A stretch of 39,474 nucleotides of DNA, taken from a virus. Its lineage: Duplodnaviria > Heunggongvirae > Uroviricota > Caudoviricetes. The position numbers and the translations under genes were made by a program. The notes beneath the pieces are model-generated. The model was given only the letters and a program-made list of their open reading frames with translations, made no database searches and was not told the DNA's origin. Of the stretch, positions 30,263 to 39,474 are shown one piece after another; position 1 is the stretch's first letter, and each line of letters begins with the position of its first letter. The stretch lies in the IMG/VR virus record IMGVR_UViG_2861053794_000004, positions 1-39,474 of that record. One strand, given 5' to 3'.

Positions 30263-31170
30263 GCAATATCGTTGAATTCGTTAAACAGCAAGAGCAGTTA
30301 TTCTGCGGAGCATTGACTGAACAGACGGTGACATGGGCTAAGGAAAGCCAGTTTGCAATTCAGTATTTCCAGAAAAACGATTACCTGGCTAAAACAGCAC
30401 TGGCAAATCCAACCAGCGCACAGAACGCCATCATCAACGTTGCGGCGATCGGCATCACCTTAAACCCTGCAAGCAAACTGGCTTATCTAGTTCCGCGCGA
30501 TGGCATGGTTTGCCTTGATATCAGCTATATGGGATTGCTTCATATTGCAATGGAGTCTGGTGTTATCTCATGGGGTCAGGCAAAACTTGTTCATGCTAAC
30601 GATACCTATGAGTCAAACGGGCTTGATAAAGCACCAACCCATAAATACAACGCCTTCGGTGATCGTGGTGATATCGTTGGCGTTTACTGCACAGTTAAGA
30701 CGCCGGCAGGTGATTATCTAACGGAAGAGATGAGTCTGGCTGAAATTGAGGCTGTAAGGAAAACAAGCAAGGCGGCATTCAGCGATAAAGGACCATGGGT
30801 AAATCACTGGAATGAGATGGCGCGAAAGACGGTCGTAAAGCGTGCAAGCAAGTATTGGCCTAAGGCATCACGTCTTGATAGTGCTATTCACGTACTAAAC
30901 GAAGAAGAAGGTGTGTGGACTGAACCAGTTATGCCGCACAAATCAGAGGAAGATATCCGCGAAGATGAACGGAAACGCCAGCAGGAAATAATGGATAAAG
31001 CACAACTTCTTTGCGATGAAATGGCTCAGGCAGAAAACATGGACGATTTGAAGCGATATTTTGCAGAAGCATATCGCCTGACATCTGGAATGAAATTGCA
31101 GCAGAACGTACAAGCCATTTACGCAGAATGCAAAGCGAAACTGGAGGTTGCCAGTGAGCAAACTATATGA
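30259..31170 (+). CDS. recT: RecT-family single-strand annealing protein
   Basis: Motif GPWVNHWNEMARKTVVKRASKYWP closely parallels E. coli RecT GPWVTHWEEMAKKTAIRRLFKYLP as recalled. Confidence 0.85.
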   Translation: MSNIVEFVKQQEQLFCGALTEQTVTWAKESQFAIQYFQKNDYLAKTALANPTSAQNAIINVAAIGITLNPASKLAYLVPRDGMVCLDISYMGLLHIAMESGVISWGQAKLVHANDTYESNGLDKAPTHKYNAFGDRGDIVGVYCTVKTPAGDYLTEEMSLAEIEAVRKTSKAAFSDKGPWVNHWNEMARKTVVKRASKYWPKASRLDSAIHVLNEEEGVWTEPVMPHKSEEDIREDERKRQQEIMDKAQLLCDEMAQAENMDDLKRYFAEAYRLTSGMKLQQNVQAIYAECKAKLEVASEQTI

Positions 31171-31636
31171 AATTGCCAATGAATACGCAAAATTGATGGA
31201 TTCAGATTTAGAACCAGAGATGATTGCTGACACAATAGAAGGCATGGAAGGAGAATTTACCGATAAAATAGAGCAACTTCTTTCCATTATTAAAAATGAA
31301 TCTGGTTATGCCGAACGCCTCAAGGAAGAGGCAAAGTCACTGAATGAGCGAGCCGCAGTAATTCAAAATAAGATTGACAGCATCAAATCATATATAGCGT
31401 CATCGCTTGAAATGGTTGGCAAGAAAAATATTCGAGCAGGTATTCACCAGGTAACAATCCGCAAACCGTCAGAAACTGTAGAAATCATCGACTCAAGCGC
31501 CCTTCCTCCTGAATACGTTGAGTTTGAAACGACAATTAAAGCCGACAAACTGGCAATCAAACACCAACTAAAAGCAGGAATAAATATCCCCGGCGCTCAA
31601 CTCAAAGTTGGGAAACCTTCACTTCTTATCAAATAA
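31148..31636 (+). CDS. Hypothetical protein (162 aa) downstream of recT
   Basis: ORF overlapping recT end; coiled-coil-like N-terminal half; family not recognised. Confidence 0.5.
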   Translation: MPVSKLYEIANEYAKLMDSDLEPEMIADTIEGMEGEFTDKIEQLLSIIKNESGYAERLKEEAKSLNERAAVIQNKIDSIKSYIASSLEMVGKKNIRAGIHQVTIRKPSETVEIIDSSALPPEYVEFETTIKADKLAIKHQLKAGINIPGAQLKVGKPSLLIK

Positions 31637-31647
31637 CGGTATCGCCT

Positions 31648-31962
31648 ATGAAAAAGACTCCATGGGAGAAATGGGAAGTCGATTTCTTGCGCGAAGTAGC
31701 GGCGACAATGCCAGTTGAAGTTATCGCTGAAAAACTGGAAAGGACTGAAAAAGCAGTAATGGCGAAAGCAACAAGGATTGGCGCTGACATTGTTAGCCGA
31801 CTTCGTGGAAGACGCTGGACAAGAGCCGAAGTATCACTTTTCGGTAAGTTCTCCGCAGAAGAAATAGCAATTGCAACCTGCCGCTCAATTTATTCAGTAA
31901 GAGCTATGCGATACAAGCTAAAAAAACTCGATGAAGAAAGAGAAGGCATACGAATAAATTAA
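31648..31962 (+). CDS. Hypothetical protein (104 aa)
   Basis: ORF in operon context. Confidence 0.5.
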   Translation: MKKTPWEKWEVDFLREVAATMPVEVIAEKLERTEKAVMAKATRIGADIVSRLRGRRWTRAEVSLFGKFSAEEIAIATCRSIYSVRAMRYKLKKLDEEREGIRIN

Positions 31963-31978
31963 CATGGAGTAATTAACA

Positions 31979-32260
31979 ATGAAGCTAAACATCGACCTAG
32001 GCAAATACGTTATTACCGGAACAAAACACGATCTGATTCTTAGTGAAATAGGAGTTATCAAAGAAGGTGATAATGCAGGGAAAGAAACATTAAGTCGTAT
32101 CGGTTATTACAGCAAGTTTGAGCATCTGGTAAAAGAGTTATGCAACCGTGAAATCCTGTTATCTCAGGCGCAGACGCTACAGGATATTCAGCAGCATATC
32201 GAGACTTTAGGTGTATCACTTAGCATGGCTATTGACCAGTTCGTGGAGAGTAAATCATGA
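31979..32260 (+). CDS. Hypothetical protein (93 aa)
   Basis: ORF in operon context. Confidence 0.5.
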   Translation: MKLNIDLGKYVITGTKHDLILSEIGVIKEGDNAGKETLSRIGYYSKFEHLVKELCNREILLSQAQTLQDIQQHIETLGVSLSMAIDQFVESKS

Positions 32261-32421
32261 GAGGACTTGCATACAATCCCGGCATTCTTCCGGCAGAAAT
32301 GATTATTCGCCAGCGCGTAAAGCCAATGCCATCGAGAGAGGAATTGCTTAAGAGAAATTCTTTTCCGTCAGTGAATCAAAACAAATATCTGAATGCGATG
32401 TGGTGGAGTGGAAAGAAATGA
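32257..32421 (+). CDS. Small ORF (54 aa)
   Basis: ATG overlapping upstream stop (ATGA); its stop overlaps the next ATG (ATGA). Confidence 0.3.
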   Translation: MRGLAYNPGILPAEMIIRQRVKPMPSREELLKRNSFPSVNQNKYLNAMWWSGKK

Positions 32422-32840
32422 AACAAATGACACTAATTGAGATGGATGGTTTTCTGAAAGGTAAATGCATCCCACGAGATTTAAAGGTTAACGAAACAAA
32501 TGCTGAGTATCTGGTGCGTAAATTTGCTGAAGCGGAGGCCAAGTGCGCGGCGCTGGCTGCTGAAGTTGAGGCTGTGAAATCAGCACATCAAGATGCTGTA
32601 AACACCATCATGTATACCGCCAATCGAACGGGTGTTTTATACACTGAGAAGGCAATTCAAATGTCCTGCAAAACCCCGGCCACCGACGCCTTCCTGGCTG
32701 AAATTGAACGCAAAGCAATCCGCAAGTTCATTAACAGCATTGAACACATCCTGCGTGACAAGCTGTCTCCGTATGACACCGAAGAGATGCTTGAGGCTAT
32801 GCGTATTTTTCTGGAAGAACAGGAAGGTGAGCAAAAATGA
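32418..32840 (+). CDS. Hypothetical protein sharing a PATDAFLAE segment with an Ea22-like paralog
   Basis: Start moved to ATG 32418; shared 24-nt segment at 32679-32702. Confidence 0.5.
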   Translation: MKQMTLIEMDGFLKGKCIPRDLKVNETNAEYLVRKFAEAEAKCAALAAEVEAVKSAHQDAVNTIMYTANRTGVLYTEKAIQMSCKTPATDAFLAEIERKAIRKFINSIEHILRDKLSPYDTEEMLEAMRIFLEEQEGEQK

Positions 32841-33148
32841 TGATCACAAAACAACGTGTAGAAGAAATCATATCCCGTATTGAAATGTATGGGCATGGTT
32901 CCGGGTATACCGCTGATGAGGTTTATGACCTTGCTGTACTGGCGCTGAATTTATCAAATATCGCAAAACTCAAGCGATACGAGCTTGATATGGATGGTTG
33001 TGACTCGTTCGGTCAGGATTGTGGCGCTGACATGACTGAAGATTCTGATGGCGATTATGTCCTGTTTGATGACGTGGTTAAGTTGTTTGAGTTTGATACA
33101 ACCACTCAAAAGTTAGAAATCCCGGCAAAGGAGGCAACCAGTGAATAA
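32837..33148 (+). CDS. Hypothetical acidic protein (103 aa)
   Basis: ORF with ATGA coupling. Confidence 0.5.
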   Translation: MMITKQRVEEIISRIEMYGHGSGYTADEVYDLAVLALNLSNIAKLKRYELDMDGCDSFGQDCGADMTEDSDGDYVLFDDVVKLFEFDTTTQKLEIPAKEATSE

Positions 33149-33785
33149 CCGCTTTTACATGATGTGCTTGCGTGAAACTGTAGGTAATAACGCCTCATTC
33201 CATTGCCATAACGGCAATGGTTACAGTTCTGATATCGATCGCGCTCATGTTTACACGCTGGAAGAAGCCCAAAAAACCTGGAATTGTGGTCGAGATATCG
33301 ATCAGCCTGTTTGCGCTGATAGCGTGGATGCAATGGCAGTGTGGCACGTTGATTGCCAGTACATCCCTACAGAAAGCCTGATTGAGCCAGATTGCACTGC
33401 GTATGTGGCCTATAAAAAAGGTTGCTGGAATGGCAACGATGTTTATTGGCTTCAACACGGTGGATTGCCAACAGATGACTTCAGTAAAGCGACCATCTTT
33501 AGCGTCGCCAACAAAAACGAACCAGGAATAATTTGGTTGCCATTTCCCATTGCTGATGCAGCAAAGCGCCGGACGTTCAATATCAATAACTTTAACCGCA
33601 GAACAATGGTTCAGGGCGCAGGTTTGGTCATGCCTGACTGGTTGAAAGAGCAGAACAGAAGAAAGAAGTCGCGAAGCGGGAAGGTGCGTTGGAATTGTCC
33701 GCATTGCGGAAAAATAACCTGGCAGTACAGCCCATATGATTTTGAAGGCTGTAGTGATTACAACTGTGAAGGATGGCGAGAATGA
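33141..33785 (+). CDS. Hypothetical Cys-rich protein (214 aa)
   Basis: GTG start preceded by AGGAGG; C-terminal CPHCG...C..C motif. Confidence 0.5.
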   Translation: MNNRFYMMCLRETVGNNASFHCHNGNGYSSDIDRAHVYTLEEAQKTWNCGRDIDQPVCADSVDAMAVWHVDCQYIPTESLIEPDCTAYVAYKKGCWNGNDVYWLQHGGLPTDDFSKATIFSVANKNEPGIIWLPFPIADAAKRRTFNINNFNRRTMVQGAGLVMPDWLKEQNRRKKSRSGKVRWNCPHCGKITWQYSPYDFEGCSDYNCEGWRE

Positions 33786-34381
33786 CAATTGACTATCAGG
33801 TACTGCGTGAGGCGGCAGAAAAGGCAACACCAGACGAATGGGTCGCATTTATTTCGACGGATACTGGTACTTATGCGGTGCACACGCCCGGTGATGAACG
33901 ATGTGAAGACGTTATCAAATGGACCGGCTTTGATGGACAGAAAAATGCAGAGAACAACGCTCGTCATGTTGCCGCGTTCAACCCAAAGGTTGCACTGGAG
34001 CTGCTTGGTGAAATTAAGTGCCTGGAGGACACAAATATTGATGCTATGTGTCGAATTGCAGAGCTTGAGACTAATCGCGCGGCGCTGGTGGTGGAGAATG
34101 AGCTGGCTCGTAAAGCAGTTCAGGCATTCTGCGATGTTGTTGGCGACAACACTGAGGTTATCTGTGAGGAGGTTGGGAGAGATGGCGTTCTGGTTATTTT
34201 GGAGGCCATGAAGGCAACAGGAAATATGCCAGCCACCGACGCTTTCCTGGCTGAAGTACGGGCGCAGGGCGTGGAGATGGCTATGGAGCATATGCAGTCG
34301 AGCGGTTCGTTAACATTTGGAGATTGCTACATATCACTTAACGAGTTCGCCGCCCAGCTTCGCAAAGGAGGCAACCAGTGA
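33773..34381 (+). CDS. Ead/Ea22-like protein (paralog 1)
   Basis: N-terminus MTIDYQVLREAAEKATPDEW typical of Ea22-like early proteins as recalled. Confidence 0.6.
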   Translation: MARMTIDYQVLREAAEKATPDEWVAFISTDTGTYAVHTPGDERCEDVIKWTGFDGQKNAENNARHVAAFNPKVALELLGEIKCLEDTNIDAMCRIAELETNRAALVVENELARKAVQAFCDVVGDNTEVICEEVGRDGVLVILEAMKATGNMPATDAFLAEVRAQGVEMAMEHMQSSGSLTFGDCYISLNEFAAQLRKGGNQ

Positions 34382-34917
34382 GCGAAATTAATTACCAGGC
34401 ACTGCGTGAAAAGGCAGAGAAAGCAACGTGTGGTGTGTGGTCGCTAGAATATGGAGAGGGCCGATTTGATGGTGATGATGCACTAATTCATCGCGAGGCT
34501 GCTGGATATATTCCCATTTGCAGAATTGAAGGAGCGCATCCAGAAAGCGGTTTCGATGAAGATTTCCAAATGGAACAGCAGGCCAATGCTGAATTCATCG
34601 CCGCAGCCAGTCCAGCTACTGTGCTGGCGCTGCTGGATGAACGGGAAAGAAACCAGCAATACATAAAACGCCGCGATCAGGAGAACGAGGATATTGCGCT
34701 AACGGTAGGGAAACTGCGTGTTGAGCTGGAAGCCGCAGAGAAGTGCATAGCAGAACTGTCTGCTAGCCACAGCAAATTGCGCGACACAATGGCTGGCATC
34801 CACAACACAATCCGAATGGATGGCGGCTATACGCCACTGGCAGCAATCCTTAACGCTGCTAAACGCGCATATGAAGAATCAGCAAGCGCAGCTGGCATTC
34901 GCATCAAAGGAGAGTGA
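34378..34917 (+). CDS. Ead/Ea22-like protein (paralog 2)
   Basis: N-terminus SEINYQALREKAEKATCGVW paralogous to preceding gene; GTG start after AGGAGG. Confidence 0.6.
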   Translation: MSEINYQALREKAEKATCGVWSLEYGEGRFDGDDALIHREAAGYIPICRIEGAHPESGFDEDFQMEQQANAEFIAAASPATVLALLDERERNQQYIKRRDQENEDIALTVGKLRVELEAAEKCIAELSASHSKLRDTMAGIHNTIRMDGGYTPLAAILNAAKRAYEESASAAGIRIKGE

Positions 34918-34918
34918 T

Positions 34919-35206
34919 ATGGCAACTTTGCAGGAATTAATCGACCTGACGCCAGAACAGGAAAAAGCGTGGAATCGCCTTGTGAAGGCTGTAAAGGATT
35001 TCAGGGCAGCCGGAGGAAAGTTTTATAGCGTCCTGGACACGCTGAGCGCATACAACGGCGAGCACGTTGCCAGCATTGATAACGATAAGGGCTACCACAC
35101 TGCAAGCGTCTATATGCCTAGCATTGATGCGCCAGGGCTAACCAGTTGGGCTGATGATTGGCACGGCATCACGCTGAAAGATGGCGTTGAAGTGGATGAG
35201 GACTAA
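34919..35206 (+). CDS. Hypothetical protein (95 aa)
   Basis: Start set at internal ATG 34919 after preceding stop. Confidence 0.45.
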   Translation: MATLQELIDLTPEQEKAWNRLVKAVKDFRAAGGKFYSVLDTLSAYNGEHVASIDNDKGYHTASVYMPSIDAPGLTSWADDWHGITLKDGVEVDED

Positions 35207-35209
35207 CAT

Positions 35210-36160
35210 ATGACAACTTTCACCGACAAAGAACTGATTAAAGAAATCAAAGAGCGCATAGGCAGCCTGGACGTTCGAGACAATATTGAGCGCCGTGCTT
35301 ATGAAATTGCACTGGCATCACTGGAAGCAAAACCAATAGGTGCATTCCACATTGCAGAACAGCAAGTTGACGGCACAAGTGACTACCTCAAGGATGGAGA
35401 ATGGCCTATTGATAATGGGATTATTGAAGTATACGCCGCCCCTCCAATGCCAGTAGTACCTGAAGAAAAACCAATGCCCAACCCTCTTAAAATGTACGCG
35501 GTCGATGCTGTTGCCGCTATTGCAGAGGTGAGAGGCTGGAATGCCTGCCGCGCCGCCATGCTTCAGGGTGTCGAACCTGCAAGTAATCATGAAGAGTTGT
35601 CAGAGGAGAACGGATCATCGCTTCAATTGCGCAATTTAATCCGGCAGCGCCATGCTGAATGGTCAGATAAGACGTTTGGCTGTGTTGGTCCAGTTGGCCC
35701 GCTGAAACATCTCTCAAAAGAGGCACTGGAAGCCGCAGCCGAACCAGACGATCTTAGCGAGTGGGCTGATATGCAGTTTCTGTTGTGGGATGCACAGCGC
35801 CGTGCTGGCATCAGCGATGCTGAAATTACCGCTGCTATGGAAGATAAATTGAAGATCAACATGGAGCGCCAGTGGCCTGAGCCAAAAGATGGTGAGCCTC
35901 GCTTGCACATTAAAGAACCCGGCAACTCTCCGGTAACTCCGGATGGTTGGATAAGCTGTAGTGAGCGAATGCCTGAAAAGGGCCAGAACGTGCTTATTTC
36001 GGTGAATTTCGATAGCTCTCTGGTTGAACCGCTAATATGCTCCGCACGCTATACCGGAAGCACCTTTCGGCGCGGAGATGCAACGATTAAGCAGGGTAAT
36101 GGTATTGAGCAAGCAACTCACTGGATGCCGCTACCGGAACCGCCGCAGGAGGTGAAATGA
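35210..36160 (+). CDS. DUF550/DUF551-like two-domain protein (MazG-like middle domain)
   Basis: Domain pattern recalled from lambdoid prophage proteins (..AEWSDKTFG.. and C-terminal WMPLPEPP); not searched. Confidence 0.5.
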   Translation: MTTFTDKELIKEIKERIGSLDVRDNIERRAYEIALASLEAKPIGAFHIAEQQVDGTSDYLKDGEWPIDNGIIEVYAAPPMPVVPEEKPMPNPLKMYAVDAVAAIAEVRGWNACRAAMLQGVEPASNHEELSEENGSSLQLRNLIRQRHAEWSDKTFGCVGPVGPLKHLSKEALEAAAEPDDLSEWADMQFLLWDAQRRAGISDAEITAAMEDKLKINMERQWPEPKDGEPRLHIKEPGNSPVTPDGWISCSERMPEKGQNVLISVNFDSSLVEPLICSARYTGSTFRRGDATIKQGNGIEQATHWMPLPEPPQEVK

Positions 36161-36221
36161 TGCTTGGCCTGAAGTATTTTATGTAATTGGTATTGCTATA
36201 TTTTTATCTGGGGATAAACGA

Positions 36222-36464
36222 ATGTTCTCTCTGATTCAACGTGGTCAGATATACACCGATAGCGCTGGCTATCCAGTAAAAATCATTCGTAGTACTGATC
36301 ACTCAGTGTTCTTCAAGAGGATGGATGGCTATCCTGGAAGAGTGTGCATCAGAAAATTCAATAATTTATTCGAACACATTGATCACAGAGAATATCACCA
36401 GATCCTGGCTGAAACAGAGCAGGAGAACCATCTGAAAAAATTACGTGCCATGCAAAGGAGATAA
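36222..36464 (+). CDS. Hypothetical protein (80 aa)
   Basis: ORF upstream of xis. Confidence 0.45.
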   Translation: MFSLIQRGQIYTDSAGYPVKIIRSTDHSVFFKRMDGYPGRVCIRKFNNLFEHIDHREYHQILAETEQENHLKKLRAMQRR

Positions 36465-36582
36465 ACCGGTAAAGGTGTTCGCGATAAGGGTGAATATCAG
36501 CAATGAATAACAATCCTCGCATTCGCGGGGATTTCTTTTATCTGAACTCGCTACGGCGGGTTTTGTTTTATGGAGATGATAA

Positions 36583-36750
36583 ATGCACTTCCGAGTCACA
36601 GGTGCATGGAATGGAGAACCATTCAACAGAGTTATCGAAGCAGAGAACATCAATGACTGCTATGACCACTGGATGATATGGGCGCAGATAGCGCATGCAG
36701 ACGTAACCAATATTCGAATTGAAGAACTGAAAGAACACCAAGCCGCCTGA
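36583..36750 (+). CDS. Small ORF (55 aa) upstream of xis
   Basis: ATG at 36583; stop inside a downstream terminator hairpin. Confidence 0.35.
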   Translation: MHFRVTGAWNGEPFNRVIEAENINDCYDHWMIWAQIAHADVTNIRIEELKEHQAA

Positions 36751-36762
36751 TGGCGGTTTTTT
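36743..36762 (+). terminator. Rho-independent terminator upstream of xis
   Basis: CCGCC-TGAT-GGCGG followed by TTTTTT. Confidence 0.6.
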
Positions 36763-36789
36763 CTTGCGTGTAATTGCGGAGACTTTGCG

Positions 36790-37008
36790 ATGTACTTGAC
36801 ACTTCAGGAGTGGAACGCACGCCAGCGACGCCCAAGAAGCCTTGAAACAGTTCGTCGATGGGTACGCGAATGCAGGATATTCCCTCCTCCGGTTAAGGAT
36901 GGAAGAGAGTATCTGTTCCACGAATCAGCGGTAAAGGTTGACTTAAATCGACCAATAACAGGTAGCCTTTTGAAGAGGATCAGAAATGGGAAGAAGGCGA
37001 AGTCATGA
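36790..37008 (+). CDS. xis: Excisionase Xis (lambda type)
   Basis: MYLTLQEWNARQRRPRSLETVRRWVRECRIFPPPVKDGREYLFHESAVKVDLNRP..., essentially lambda Xis as recalled. Confidence 0.97.
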   Translation: MYLTLQEWNARQRRPRSLETVRRWVRECRIFPPPVKDGREYLFHESAVKVDLNRPITGSLLKRIRNGKKAKS

Positions 37009-38056
37009 GCGCCGGGATTTACCCCCTAACCTTTATATAAGAAACAATGGATATTACTGCTACAGGGACCCAAGGACGGGTAAAGAGTTCGGATTAGGCA
37101 GAGACAGGAGGATAGCAATTACTGAAGCAATACAGGCAAACATTGAGTTATTCTCAGGACACAAACACAAGCCTCTGACAGCAAGAATCAACAGTGATAA
37201 TTCTGTTACGTTACATTCATGGCTTGATCGCTACGAAAAAATACTCGCCAGCAGAGGAATCAAGCAGAAGACACTCATAAATTACATGAGCAAAATTAAA
37301 GCAATAAGGAGGGGTCTGCCTGATGCTCCACTTGAAGACATCACCACAAAAGAAATTGCGGCAATGCTCAATGGATACATAGACGAGGGCAAGGCGGCAT
37401 CAGCCAAGTTAATCAGATCAACACTGAGCGATGCATTCCGAGAGGCAATAGCTGAAGGCCATATAACAACAAACCCGGTCGCTGCCACTCGCGCAGCAAA
37501 ATCAGAGGTAAGGAGATCAAGGCTTACGGCTGACGAATACCTGAAAATTTATCAAGTAGCAGAATCATCACCATGTTGGCTAAGACTTGCAATGGAACTG
37601 GCTGTTGTTACCGGGCAGAGAGTTGGTGATTTATGCGAAATGAAGTGGTCTGATATCGTAGATGGATATCTTTATGTCGAGCAAAGCAAAACAGGCGTAA
37701 AAATTGCCATCCCAACAGCATTGCATGTTGATGCTCTCGGAATATCAATGAAGGAAACACTTGATAAATGCAAAGAGATTCTTGGCGGAGAAACCATAAT
37801 TGCATCTACTCGTCGCGAACCGCTTTCATCCGGCACAGTATCAAGGTATTTTATGCGCGCACGAAAAGCATCAGGTCTTTCCTTCGAAGGAGATCCGCCT
37901 ACCTTTCACGAGTTGCGCAGTTTGTCTGCAAGACTCTATGAGAAGCAGATAAGCGATAAGTTTGCTCAACATCTTCTCGGGCATAAGTCGGACACCATGG
38001 CATCACAGTATCGTGATGACAGAGGCAGGGAGTGGGACAAAATTGAAATCAAATAA
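36986..38056 (+). CDS. int: Integrase Int (lambda-type tyrosine recombinase)
   Basis: 356 aa, MGRRRSHERRDLPPNLYIRNNGYYCYRDPRTGKEFGLGRDRRIAITEAIQANIEL..., essentially lambda Int as recalled; overlaps xis as in lambda. Confidence 0.98.
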   Translation: MGRRRSHERRDLPPNLYIRNNGYYCYRDPRTGKEFGLGRDRRIAITEAIQANIELFSGHKHKPLTARINSDNSVTLHSWLDRYEKILASRGIKQKTLINYMSKIKAIRRGLPDAPLEDITTKEIAAMLNGYIDEGKAASAKLIRSTLSDAFREAIAEGHITTNPVAATRAAKSEVRRSRLTADEYLKIYQVAESSPCWLRLAMELAVVTGQRVGDLCEMKWSDIVDGYLYVEQSKTGVKIAIPTALHVDALGISMKETLDKCKEILGGETIIASTRREPLSSGTVSRYFMRARKASGLSFEGDPPTFHELRSLSARLYEKQISDKFAQHLLGHKSDTMASQYRDDRGREWDKIEIK

Positions 38057-38144
38057 TGATTTTATTTTGACTGATAGTGACCTGTTCGTTGCAACAAGTT
38101 GATAAGAAATGCTTTTTTATAATGCCAACTTAGTATAAAAAAGC
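38057..38144 (-). other. attL: P' arm with arm-type Int sites plus 15-bp core
   Basis: Reverse complement reads GCTTTTTTATACTAAGTTGGCATTATAAAAAAGCATT.CTTATCAA.TTGTTGCAACGAACAGGTCACTATCAGTCAAAATAAAATCA, matching lambda attP core and P' arm as recalled. Confidence 0.9.
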
Positions 38145-38190
38145 AGGCTTCAACGGATTCATTTTTCTATTTCATAGCCCGGAGCAACCT

Positions 38191-39474
38191 GTGAACACAT
38201 TTTCAGTTTCCCGTCTGGCGCTGACATTGGCTTTTGGCGTGACGCTGACCGCCTGTAGCTCAACACCGCCCGATCAACGTCCTTCTGATCAAACCGCGCC
38301 TGGTACCTCTTCTCGCCCGATTCTGTCGGCAAAAGAAGCGCAGAATTTCGATGCTCAACACTATTTTGCATCCCTGACACCAGGTGCGGCAGCGTGGAAT
38401 CCTTCCCCGATTACCCTGCCTGCGCAACCTGACTTTGTTGTCGGCCCGGCGGGTACTCAAGGTGTAACGCATACCACGATTCAGGCGGCGGTAGATGCGG
38501 CAATTATCAAGCGTACCAACAAGCGCCAGTATATTGCCGTGATGCCTGGTGAGTATCAGGGAACGGTGTATGTCCCTGCCGCTCCGGGTGGAATTACTCT
38601 ATACGGTACAGGTGAAAAACCGATTGATGTGAAGATTGGGCTTTCCCTTGATGGTGGCATGAGCCCTGCCGACTGGCGTCACGACGTCAACCCGCGCGGC
38701 AAATATATGCCAGGTAAACCGGCGTGGTATATGTACGATAGCTGCCAGAGTAAACGCAGCGACAGTATCGGCGTTCTCTGCTCTGCGGTCTTCTGGTCAC
38801 AAAACAATGGACTGCAACTGCAAAACCTGACCATCGAAAACACGCTGGGCGATAGCGTAGATGCGGGTAACCATCCGGCGGTGGCACTGCGTACTGATGG
38901 TGACCAGGTACAGATTAACAACGTTAACATTCTCGGTCGTCAGAACACCTTCTTTGTCACCAACAGCGGTGTGCAGAACCGTCTGGAAACGAATCGTCAG
39001 CCGCGTACGCTGGTGACCAACAGCTATATTGAAGGGGATGTGGATATCGTTTCTGGTCGCGGCGCAGTGGTGTTCGATAACACCGAATTCCGCGTGGTGA
39101 ACTCCCGTACCCAGCAAGAAGCGTATGTGTTTGCACCGGCTACGCTGTCCAACATTTACTACGGTTTCCTCGCCGTAAACAGCCGTTTCAATGCTTCCGG
39201 TGATGGCGTGGCGCAACTGGGCCGCTCGCTGGATGTTGATGCCAATACCAACGGTCAGGTAGTGATCCGTGATAGCGCCATCAACGAAGGTTTTAACACA
39301 GCCAAACCGTGGGCTGATGCGGTGATCTCTAATCGTCCGTTTGCGGGTAACACCGGCAGCGTTGATGATAACGACGAAGTACAGCGCAATCTGAATGACA
39401 CTAACTACAACCGCATGTGGGAATACAATAACCGCGGCGTGGGTAGCAAAGTGGTTGCAGAGGCGAAGAAGTAG
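38191..39474 (+). CDS. ybhC: Host lipoprotein YbhC (pectinesterase-like), gal-side neighbour of attB-lambda
   Basis: 427 aa; lipoprotein signal LTLAFGVTLTACSS; sequence recalled as E. coli YbhC. Confidence 0.9.
   Translation: MNTFSVSRLALTLAFGVTLTACSSTPPDQRPSDQTAPGTSSRPILSAKEAQNFDAQHYFASLTPGAAAWNPSPITLPAQPDFVVGPAGTQGVTHTTIQAAVDAAIIKRTNKRQYIAVMPGEYQGTVYVPAAPGGITLYGTGEKPIDVKIGLSLDGGMSPADWRHDVNPRGKYMPGKPAWYMYDSCQSKRSDSIGVLCSAVFWSQNNGLQLQNLTIENTLGDSVDAGNHPAVALRTDGDQVQINNVNILGRQNTFFVTNSGVQNRLETNRQPRTLVTNSYIEGDVDIVSGRGAVVFDNTEFRVVNSRTQQEAYVFAPATLSNIYYGFLAVNSRFNASGDGVAQLGRSLDVDANTNGQVVIRDSAINEGFNTAKPWADAVISNRPFAGNTGSVDDNDEVQRNLNDTNYNRMWEYNNRGVGSKVVAEAKK

Overview
The window holds one complete, apparently intact lambdoid prophage of about 38 kb (91-38144) inserted at the lambda attB site; the right flank is the host gene ybhC (38191-39474) and 1-90 is host intergenic DNA. 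All protein identities below are from reading the translations and recalling families from memory; no database search was run. The prophage is mosaic: a lambda-type integration module (attL P' arm, int, xis; matching attR P arm at the left end), a lambdoid early-left region (cIII-like, kil-like, RecT, Ea22-like paralogs, DUF550/551-like), an immunity region (cro, three operators, a near-leaderless cI), replication (O-like gene with internal iterons, DnaB-type helicase), a nin region (ninB, ninE, ninF, ybcO-like, rusA, ninH), a Q antiterminator with pR'/tR', a phage-21-type lysis cassette, and a P22-like podovirus virion module ending in a tailspike with a divergent orphan mnt. The most unusual part is the immunity/early-left junction (27982-29600): no recognisable N antiterminator, an unrecognised 147-aa gene in the N/rex position, a convergent 164-aa zinc-ribbon/coiled-coil gene sharing a bidirectional terminator with it, and a cluster of hairpins including two with identical loop sequences. 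Other accessory loci are an HNH-AP2 endonuclease with a 490-bp non-coding spacer between tR' and the holin, and a KilA-N gene in the late operon. No CRISPR array or convincing tRNA was found.
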